Positions 38,401 to 50,400 of a DNA stretch of 64,000 nt are shown here, piece by piece. This stretch comes from Ophelia neglecta. Taxonomy: Eukaryota. The notes beneath the pieces were generated by a model. It searched no databases. It was not told where the DNA came from and worked only from the letters and a program-made list of their open reading frames with translations. The stretch's first letter is position 1. Every line of letters starts with the position of its first letter. The stretch is from the NCBI GenBank assembly GCA_965285935.1, contig OZ260663.1:34906001-34970000 (forward strand). The letters run 5' to 3'. The position numbers were made by a program, and so were the translations under genes.

Positions 38401-41400
38401 AAATTTCAAACACCAGCTAGGCCTATAAACATTCTATATAGATAAAGATCTATAGACACGGAGGCAGTTACTTATCCATGTAGGAACTGTCGTCTTGGGA
38501 GATATAGGCCTCTAAAATGATTACATTTTAGGACTGTCAGCCCTTCGTTTTTTTGAGCTATAGAAAGGCTAAAAATGAGATCGTCAAAATTTGACGTAGA
38601 GCTTCCGCGATAGTGTATCAACATGGCCTCATTGTCTGGTGATGCGATGATAGATAGCCGACATGTGAGCTGCATCATTCAAACAGATTATGACACATCT
38701 TCCTAAAACAGAAGCATAACAATGCGCAGTAAATGCAGAAAGCAGACGAACATTTTGGCAATATTTAATATTACCAATGTAATCAATTTTACCAAGTAAA
38801 TGACAGCACGAAGAGTGCTGCTAGCCATACTGACGAACTGCAGCTGCTTCCACTTAGGATGACTGCTCAACATTTTATAATGGAAACTTCAAATGGCTGG
38901 AATAATGGCGGAGGGATTGCTCGAATTTACTCAGTATGTTATTAATAAATATCAAATTTGAACCTGTCGACCGTTGTCGGCTGACTGGGGCTAGGTCATG
39001 TTGATTGGGGATGGTAATGTGATAAGACGGACGGGGGCCGGCTGCGCGGGGTGAAGGGGGCGAGGGATGGCTGACCCCGGGCTGAGGAGGGAGTCTGGCC
39101 GGTGAAAGGCCGTTCCTACCGGGCGGGCCCTCGCCCAGTCACCCGGCACGTCCTCTGTAGGAGGCCTGTTGCTATCGGCACCAGCTCTACACTCAGTCTG
39201 CCAAATCTGACCTAAAACCAAGAAAACCGATCGACTGCCCAAATCTATATCTAATTTGTTGGTTTATTTTACAAACCGCAGGTCTGAGTGCTGACCAGAA
39301 CATGTAATCCTGAACAAGCAATGCGCATGCGTTATAACATCATTTACACAGTCCCTAACATCCTAAACAAACGGACACAACACAAAGACGGCATCCATTT
39401 TAATCAACATCCGAGCGCATTGATAATTTATCGATAACCAACAATGATCTGAATAATCACACTGTATATATTTAGCTCTAGTGACAAAGGGGCGTTTGTA
39501 CAATGGCCATACAGACCTCCAGCTCCAGGGTCGATCTGCTAATGACACATTAATAGCTATAAAACTGTAGATAATAACAGTTGATTGGAGCATTAGGCAA
39601 TCAATGGCAAGTGTGAGGCTCTATGTAAGCAATTATCATTTGACGAAAAAGATAAACAATCCGGAAAGCAATAGATGCCCTGGCTACGTAAACAATATTG
39701 CAAACTAGCAAAACCCGTGGAAGATCCACGTGTACGCATGACGCATGCACGGCTGCACGAGATTGGGTGCCTAAAAGAAAATGCTGACCCCGCGAATCAA
39801 AGGTGTGCCAACTACTTATGAGAGGAATACAGTTACTTTGAATATCTAGAAACAAACACAATACGCTCCTTAGAATCCTTTTCTTTGGAGTTCAAGATGT
39901 TTACAAATGCGAAAACAATACAGTCGTCATATCTTATGTTTCCAATCCCCGCATTAATTATCCTGGGTTCATAATTCAACTACTAATGACATTGCCATCA
40001 TAAATTATTTTTCATTATAGTAAAAGTCAACACAAAGTTATCTATATTATTTTCTTTGAGATAAAACGACTCTTTGATACATCATATTTGAACGACTCTG
40101 AGTGGCCGTTAGTTGACAGAGACAGTTCGTATTGAATCGAAATATGTCGTCCCTTGACAATCCTAAGGGTTCAGTTCTTTGTGGTATGTTTGTCGATTTG
40201 AGCTGATTTGATTGATGTTGTCTGTCCTCCATAATCATGCCCGTTCATGACTAGTGTGAAGATTTAGTTGTTTCAGTTTCTAGCAAAGCCATACCGTCTA
40301 CTACAGATGCAAGGATAGCGTTACTGTTATGTATTTATCTTGTCATTAACTTTATTTTTTTCCAAATCTAACCAGCTAGACAAAGTCATACATAAACGGT
40401 CGCAATACGAAAATGATGTAATACCTATATATAGTCTATATGGAAAGTATACTTAATTCCAGTGTAAATAAACAAATCATTGGTCATCCTCATGCTTATA
40501 ACACAGGTCAAGATGAGTCAGGCATTAAGAAAGGATGATTTCTATTGTAAGTATTTAATGAAAGGCCGCCCTTTTGGAGGATAGGTCGGAATCATGCGAT
40601 CTATAAGTGAGAAGCATTGATCAGGACGCCCTCTAGAGAATCGGCTTGACCCAATTGTGGACTTCGTGGATTCACAAGTCAATGGAAACACAAGGCAACC
40701 ATTCCGTAAAATTATCTGCCCCTTGTTTACATTCCCACGGGCGTAGTTATCTCCGGTTGCTTACCATCCCCGCAGACGACATTTGAATGAGTATCGCGAA
40801 CGTGCCCAAGGGCCGAAGGACTACATCTGGCGGATATGTATCACTCCGCACTGACACGGAAGTGAGAGATGTCAAATTCGCGGCAAGGTTACTGACTGTC
40901 TTTGTGCTGTGTGGCGTTGTAGGCAAATGCGCGTGCGGTGTAAGAGGAAACTATGACCCTATCGGCAAGGGTCGCCTGCCAACGGCGATAAACTGTGGAA
41001 AAAGCGGCTAAGAATTACACGCCTGGGGTCTGCTGACGGATTGAGGAATGCCTAAGATAAATGGCGGCCGTCTGTTAGCTACTATAACTCTGGCAATCAG
41101 ATCTTTGTTGTGGACTAGGGCAAGGCGGGAGGCCCACACATCTACTGACAGAAGTCTAGTTAATATGCTCCTACTCCCAGCCACATCCACTGTTTGTCAT
41201 ATTTTTCCCACAGATGATGTACGAGTTTATCATGAACCATGCTCCATTCGGAATACCATGTTATTTAGTACGCGGAAGTACATATTTGTTTACCAGGCCA
41301 GCCTTAAAAGAACTTAGAGCGGGAACATTCAAGACAACCGTCCACGTTTCCGCTGAGTTTGTTTACTATAAGCTCTCTGCCAACTTACTCCAGTCAAACA

Positions 41401-44400
41401 AACACTACAGGTGTAACTTCTCTAAATCGCCCGTAATTGCTTTGTGTCGGCCAGACTTTTCGAACTAATTCGTTTCCTCCCGTACGGCCGAGTTGTGCCA
41501 ATATTTGTAATAATTCAATGCGGCTTTCCGTGATTGTCAGGTTATAGAATTAATCTGATCACGATCAATATTACATCATTCTACTGGAAGAAATAACATT
41601 TCATACAGCTCGTAACGTCATTCATCGATTATATAGGTTTTCCGCAAAATACGAACGCATAGGCCTACTTCAGAACCCGAAATATTGACGATATCATTTG
41701 AACGGGAAATTTACCAATTTTAGCCTAAGAGAAGAATTATATATGCGGATGGGACAAATATATATACTTATTCATGTATTTTACCCTAAGCAGCCATGAC
41801 AAGATACCGCTTTTTTCAAAGGCGTCCAGCGTATTTACACGCACAATAAAGAAACATACGTACAAGACACAGTTACAATGACCAAGTTAATTTGTTAAAC
41901 ACACGCTTAAAAGTTTGATGTGCAAGTACACTCCCTGGCTCAATAGTAATCTAGGATAAGTAAAAGCGATGTAAAAACGCACAACAGTCACAAGATAGTT
42001 ATGTGAGAAGGTAATTCCATTCCTATAGGGTCAGACATTCCTATAACCTCCTTGGGAAACCATTCCATTGGAGGGGGGCTCTGTATTTAGATGATCTTGG
42101 CAAAGTACGTCACAACGAAGGAAATATTGAACAAGGTGATTATTTACACAGTTTCTTGTCCAATGATCATAGTTCATTGTAATCCGAAGCACAGGCCAGC
42201 TTATCGGAGATATGTCTGAGTGCAAGACCATATTATACATTTGTAATTAAGATTAACAGTAAAGTAATCTCGCCTCTCTCTCTCTCTCTAATAGAGTCAT
42301 CGTAATGGAGCTAACACATTTGTTTTTCTATCTAAATTCAATCTCCCGTGATACACTGGGCGGTTTTATAATCATTGGAGTTTATCAAGAGTCACATCAG
42401 TTATAAGAACACGGTACACGAAATACGAGAAAACAGATTGGCTTGGACATTACAAAGTAGAGGTAAACAGTATTTTATTGAATTCGGGCTATGGCAAAGT
42501 TCATGTTTGCACCGGGGGATACCGGGATGAATATGACTTTGTAGGCATGTGGCCTTAGGTGCTTTTAAGGTGAAACAGGGAAAGGAGAGGGCAGTGCATC
42601 GCCTCTGAGTCAGAATCAGTAAGAATAGAGATTAAATTTAATCTTCCTTGCCATGCTCCGTCCTGTCCTCACACCGATTCTCGGACTTTCTGCAGGATGT
42701 TACTAGGATGGAGGAAGGACAGGACGGGGAGAAGACAGGAAACGTTTCCGATTCATTCGACTAATCATCTGTCAACACAGGCGACCCATGAGTCAAAGAA
42801 CAAACCCGTACATAGCACAATGCATCATCGTATGTAAAAGACAAAGCCGTTTTCCATATACTAGTCTCAAATCGATCAAACTGTCAACAAGCAGGACACT
42901 GGCCTGCCCGCAGATGTATCGGTACCTCACTGTCTTTACATTCTGCATAATTACCAGCCATTTAATGACTGGAAGCGAGTATGTGAAAAACCTAGTCAAT
43001 TCAACCACATTCAGCCCCAGTGAACATACCGACTAGCCGCTTTGGCAATTCAGTAGGCTGCCAGTATATACCGGAAGTAGCGTCGGATGGGTTGGCTACT
43101 GTTTGCGCCTGCGTGTAGCCAACAATATATACAATGGCTGCGCTTGTCACCCGAGGTCGAATATTTTCATATTACACACTACAATGACCGGAATCCTGAT
43201 TATAAAACCATGCAGGTTAACTTATAATAATCGTAAGACAACAAGCGGCTTTGTTCCAGTGGTTTCATGAACCCTTGTAAAATGATGTTATTAAGTTCGG
43301 CAGTCATTAGGCTCATAACAGCTACTAGTGCCCACTTCTTAAGGCACTCATGTGACAAATGACATTCGTATTAATTATCATTATGAGCGCCCGAGAAAGC
43401 GTTAGAGCTTATGATCAAGTTTGGAGAGTTTGGAACCTACGTGCTTTATAAAGGGGTGTCAATGATTCTTCACTGCATGTTATCCAGTGGGCGATGATGG
43501 GTGTTCATAACGGCGCCGACCCGGACACATTTATCACCCCATGCCGAGCCACCCTCCAAGTTTACGACTATCGCCTTAATACGGTAGTAATTCACACATT
43601 AGATACACGGCCATGGCGTACGGATTTAATACACACATCATATACACGGCCATGAGGTACGGATTTAATACACACATCATATACACGGCCATGGCGTACG
43701 GATTTAATACACACATCATATACACGGCCATGAGGTACGGATTTAATACACACATCATATACACGGCCATGGCGTACGGATTTAATAACACACATCAGAT
43801 ACACGGCCATGAGGTACGGATTTAATACACACATCAGTTACACGGCTAGCCATGGCGTACGGATTTAATACACACATCAGATACACGGCCATGGCGTACG
43901 GATTTAATACACACATCAGTTACACGGCCATGGCGTACAGATTTAATACACACATCAGATACACGGCCATGAGGTACGGATTTAATACACACATCATATA
44001 CACGGCCTTGGCGTACGGATTTAATACACACATCAGATACACGGTCATGGCGTACGGATTTAATACACACATCAGTTACACGGCTAGCCATGGCGTACGG
44101 ATTTAATACACACATCAGATACACGGCCATGGCGTACGGATTTAATACACACATCATATACACGGTCATGGCGTACGGATTTAATACACACATCAGTTAC
44201 ACGGCTAGCCATGGCGTACGGATTTAATACACACATCAGTTACACGGCCATGGCGTACGGATTTAATACACACATCAGTTACACGGCCATGGCGTACAGA
44301 TTTAATACACATCAGAAAAAAGACCATGGCGTAAGGATCTAAACATGGAGATGCCAGCGGCGTTAAAATTGGCAACGTTTTACATAAACATTTTTTTGCA

Positions 44401-47400
44401 AAAGTAGTCTCGTTGCAACAGAAGAGCGAGTTAAATTCTTATGTGCCTAGATAAAAATACCATACGTTTGTTTCGGCCGGTGGCAGAGCACGCCTCAGAG
44501 CAAGCTCCGGGCCGTCCTAAACACAAAGTGTACAACCTCTGCTCCCCTCCCTCCTCCATAAACATAATCATAGCCAATCGACGGAAATAGCGCCTTTAAT
44601 TTTCTCATAACACAAGAGGCGAGCTCGGAGAAAGGCCTTCAGGTGGTAAGATGTAATGAGGATAGAGAGACCGAGGAGGAAAGGCCAGAAGCGTGTCTTC
44701 CTCCCCCCTCTCCCCCTTTCCCCAGCTGGGATGAAATAAGCCCCATGAATACTTCATCAAGACAGATCGTCTGAGCGATGACGGGTCGTCGGGGCCGTAC
44801 GGCACTCTCTAACACAAGAGAAGGGTTATCGTGTCTTATGACTTTAGCGACATTGGCTTTCTTCAACCGCTGTAATTATGCCTGGCGTTTAGCCTTTGAT
44901 GTCAATTCCCCAAAGAAGCCTATTTAATACCAAAAGGACCTCACAGCCAATTTGGCAAACTAAGTAATGTCTTTGAGGAGTGGGTATGATTCACTGGGGT
45001 ATTTTAAAATGCCAATTGGCCACCAAAATCATCAGCTATTCTAATACCAGTCCTTTCTAATTTCCCAGAGTGTTAGTCGCGTCTGAATCACACGCCTCAC
45101 TGATACATGATAAGCGAAAGAGTCGAGCATCTCGCTTGTTGCGGAATCTGCTAAAGGAAATGTATAGCATTATTTGGTTGGGTACGTTTATGCCCTTAAC
45201 AAACTGGCTGTATGCAAACAGCTAGACAGGATGTCAGGGAAAGAGCTCCTATCGCTCCGGGGCATGTCTTTAGACGGTGATTCTATCCGTAGACATAACG
45301 GGGGGAAATGATACTATAATAATTATGTTATATTTATTTCGACTTAATAATATTGTGGCAAGCCATGTAGAAACTCCATGACTTGTTTTATGGTGAAGTT
45401 AAGCCGAGTATGTATTTTGTATGAACCATGACAAACAGCATAGGGACATTTTTTTGACGCACGTCTGAACAGAGTGGCGATAAAGGGAGGACGAATAAAG
45501 CCAGCTTTGGCTCGACTGCAGAAAGCGATGGGGGCGGGAGCGGTGGGGGTGGGGGGGGGGGGGGGTAGGACCCAGGGCACCGCAGTGGTCATATTTTTGA
45601 CGACACATCATGCCCAGTGTTACTTAAATTGCTGATATAATAAAATTCAAATGCGCCCTTCTCTCCTGAACGCCACCTGTTTATAATTGAAGCCGATTAC
45701 GAAACATAACGCCATCGTTTTGCAAAATACCTTAGTTTTTATTTGCCTTAAACAGGATACTTTCTCATCTGCGTGTAGTGCATGATATACTCTATTAAAG
45801 ATTCACCATGTCACGGGATCACGGAAAAACCACCGGGAGAAAGTTTTGCTGGCCGCTCATATGGAATACGCTATTCTTTGTTATATCCCCGAGCTTTATT
45901 GTTAGAATCTATCAAAAGCAATATTGCCATGCAATCTAATCCCAAAACACGCCAAACTGTGCTTTCTTTCCTGGTGTCATTAAACGGAAAACATGCTGGC
46001 AAAACGTTACATTCAACATTAAGAGCGTAACCCTTCGGGCGAGATTTCTTAGCACGGTATTTTCAGAATCCCGCTACTGTATTATTTGCATGCAGACCAC
46101 GTTCTTGCGGCAGTAACATGCCCAAGACCAGTTGCGTTTGGTAACAATAAACATTTCATATATGATTAGTTATTATGTGCGTGCATCATACCAGATGATG
46201 CCCTTATAAATATGTATGCCAAACGGCCCTGTTTTATAGACCAGCGCAGATAAAGATATAACAATAACTTTTCATGTATCCTCACAAGCTGCTAGAGCCA
46301 ATGTCTTCAACCAGGAAACGATATCAGATTACATATGTACACGACCATCAAAGGCGAGGGAAACATAATATAAAATAACCGAAAATATCTGTTAAGGCAT
46401 TACTTATTATCGATTATAGAAGAGAAGAACCATCAGCACATAACAAAATATCAAAAAAAGAACACCAGATATGACAAGACCCGCTATGTCATTGTAGAAT
46501 ATCAAACCTAGAGGATAAGAAAAGGCCACCTTTATCACGTAAGAAACACGCATTACAGAACAAGATAACCTATCTTATCTCGTTACAAAGTGTCCACCAA
46601 GGATAAGAACACCAGATATCTCACTACAGAATGCCCATTAAGGATCAGAACACCAAATATCTCACTACAGAGTGTCTATCAAGGATCAGAACACCAGATA
46701 TCTCACTACAGAATGTCCATCAAGGATCAGAAGACCAGATATCTCACTACAGAATGTCCACCAAGGATCAGAACACCAAATATCTCACTACAGAATGTCC
46801 ACCAAGGATCAGAACACCAAATATCTCACTACAGAGTGTCCATCAAGGATCAGAACACCAGATATCTCACTACAGAATGTCCACCAAGGATCAGAACACC
46901 AAATATCTCACTACAGAATGTCCACCAAGGATCAGAACACCAAATATCTCACTACAGAGTGTCCATCAAGGATCAGAACACCAGATATCTCACTACAGAA
47001 TGTCGACCGCGGATCAGAACACGAGATATCTCACTACAGATTGTCCACCAAGGATCAGAACACGAGATATCTCACTACAGAGTGTCCACCAAGGAACTGA
47101 ACACTAGATATCTCACTACAGAATGTCCACCAAGGATCTGAACACTAGATATCTCACTACAGAATGTCCACCAAGATCAGAACACCAGATATCTCACTAT
47201 AGAATGTCCACCAAGATCAGAACACCAGATATCTCACTACAGAATGTCCATCTCACCACAGATAACCCACCACGGATATCTTACCAGAGTACCCACCACG
47301 GATATCTCACCACACAGTACCCATCACGGATATCTCACCACAGAATACCCACCACGGCTATCTCACCACAGAGAACCCACCACGGATATCTCACCACAGA

Positions 47401-50400
47401 ATACCCACCACGGATATCTCACCACAGAGAACCCACCACGGATATCTCACCACAGAGAACCCACCACGGATATTTCACCACAGAGACCCCACCACGGATA
47501 TCTCACCACAGAGAACCCACCATGGATATCTCACCACAGAGAACCCACCACGGATATCTCACCACAGAGAACCCACCACGGATATCTCACTACAGAATAC
47601 CCATCACATAAGAGAGAATACCTGCTATATACTAACAGAATACCCTCCTCAGATAGAATACTCGAAAATACATTTCAGAATGCCCTTCACCATCCCGTTA
47701 TGATAATTATTGTCCTCTACAGTGTGGGATCGAAGATAATGAATTTAGCTCCAACCGGATCTTTTTGTGGCTAGAACCCTGGCATTATCAAAGCCGATCC
47801 TTATCTTCCCCTGTGATTTCCTGTTAATGGATATTTGAACCCAGGTTATCCCTGAAGCCATGTATATATCCTTCATGTAAAGTTCCTTTGTGTCGGAGAG
47901 GATTACTGCAAAATCTGGCAATGATATGCCTGGAATAGCAGGCCGCCTTGGCAAGCAGGCGGTACACATTACGAAATGATGAGGTGTATTGTCGAGTCGT
48001 AAATTAGTGCAGTCAGCTTGTTCTCCCATCTATTAATTGGATGGAACCAGCACGGAATTAAATAGCGGAAGCTTTGGATCATTCGTTGTTTATTCGCAAA
48101 CTGATCATCATCGGATCATTGATTGCACAACGGTTAATCCGACAATACCCAGATTGCGTTCGATAAGGGTGACTACAACTCAGGCAGTACTCTGTCAGAT
48201 CTAGAGGGGGCTCGGGAAGGGATACAACTAACACCCTTCTCATTACAGGTCACACCTACTGAGGGCCCGATGAGGTCAACATCCCACACCCTTCTTTATT
48301 CACGTCCGACATACAGGGGGCTCAAGAAGGTCTCCACCCCACACCCTTCTCATTACAGATCATACCTAGAGGGTGCTCAAGGAGGCCTCCACCCCACACC
48401 CTTCTCATTTCCCGTCATACCTCGAAGGGGCCCAATAAGGTCACCATCCCACACCATTCTTATTTCACTTCAGAATTACAGGGGGCTCTCCACCCAACAC
48501 CCTGCTCATTACACCTCAGTCCTAGAGAGGGCTCAAGGAGATTCATACCACACACCCTTCTCATACCGGGTTATATCTATCGAGGGGTCAAGGAAGTCTA
48601 CATCCCACACCCTTCTTATTACACCTCAGTCAGACCTAGAGAGGGCTCAAGGAGAGTCATACCACACCCTTCTCATACCGGGTTATACCTACAGAGGGGT
48701 CAAGGAAGTCTACATCCCACACCCTTCTTATTACACCTCAGTCCTAGAGAGGACTCAAGGAGAGTCATACCACACACCCTTCTCATACCGGGTTATACCT
48801 ACAGAGGGGTCAAGGAAGTCTACATCCCACACCCTTCTCGTTACACCTCAGACCTAGAGAGGGCTCAAGGAGAGTCATACCACACACCCTTCTCATACCG
48901 GGTTATACCTACAGAGGGGTCAAGGAAGTCTACATCCCACACCCTTCTTATTACACCTCAGTCAGACCTAAAGAGGGCTCAAGGAGAGTCATACCACACA
49001 CCCTTCTCATACCGGGTTATACCTACAGAGGGGTCAAGGAAGTCTACATCCCACACCCTTCTTATTACACCTCAGTCAGACCTAGAGAGGGCTCAAGGAG
49101 AGTCATACCACACACCCTTCTCATACCGGGTTATACCTACAGAGGGGTCAAGGAAGTCTACATCCCACACCCTTCTTATTACACCTCAGACCTAGAGAGG
49201 GCTCAAGGAGAGTCATACCACACACCCTTCTCATACCGGGTTATACCTACAGAGGGGTCAAGGAAGTCTACATCCCACACCCTTCTTATTACACCTCAGT
49301 CAGACCTAGAGAGGGCTCAAGGAGAGTCATACCACACACCCTTCTCATACCGGGTTATACCTACAGAGGGGTCAAGGAAGTCTACATCCCACACCCTTCT
49401 TATTACACCTAAGTCAGACCTAGAGAGGGCTCAAGGAGAGTCATACCACACACCCTTCTCATACCGGGTTATACCTACAGAGGGGTCAAGGAAGTCTACA
49501 TCCCACACCCTTCTTATTACACCTCAGTCAGACCTAGAGAGGGCTCAAGGAGAGTCATACCACACACCCTTCTCATACCGGGTTATACCTACAGAGGGGT
49601 CAAGGAAGTCTACATCCCACACCCTTCTCATTACACCTCAGTCAGATCTAGAGAGGGCTCAAGGAGATTCATACCACACACCCTTCTCATACCGGGTTAT
49701 ACCTACAGAGGGGTCAAGGAAGTCTACATCCCACACCCTTCCTGTTACACCTCAGACCTAGAGAGGGCTCAAGGAGAGTCATACCACACACCCTTCTCAT
49801 ACCGGGTTATGCCTACAGAGGGGTCAATGAAGTCTGCATCCCACACCCTTCTTATTACACCTCAGTCAGTCCTAGAGAGGGCTCAAGGAGAGTCATACCA
49901 CACACCCTTCTCATACCGGGTTATACCTACAGAGGGGTCAAGGAAGTCTACATCCCACACCCTTCTTATTACACCTCAGTCAGTCCTAGAGAGGGCTCAA
50001 GGAGAGTCATACCACACACCCTTCTCATACCGGGTTATACATACAGAGGGGTCAAGGAAGTCTACATCCCACACCCTTCTTATTACACCTCAGTCAGACC
50101 TAGAGAGGGCTCAAGGAGAGTCATACCACACACCCTTCTCATACCGGGTTATACCTACAGAGGGGTCAAGGAAGTCTACATCCCACACCCTTCTTATTAC
50201 ACCTCAGTCAGACCTAGAGAGGGCTCAAGGAGATTCATAAAACACACCCTTCTCATACCGGGTATACCTACAGAGGGGTCAAGGAAGTCTACATCCCACA
50301 CCCTGCTCATTACACCTCAGACCTAGAGAGGGCTCAAGGAGATTCATACCACACACCCTTCTCATACCGGGTTATACCTACAGAGGGGTCAAGGAAGTCC

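Noticed and set aside
43593-44335. CRISPR-like regular repeats
   Set aside because: Head-to-tail units with no unique spacers, no cas genes, and a eukaryotic context.
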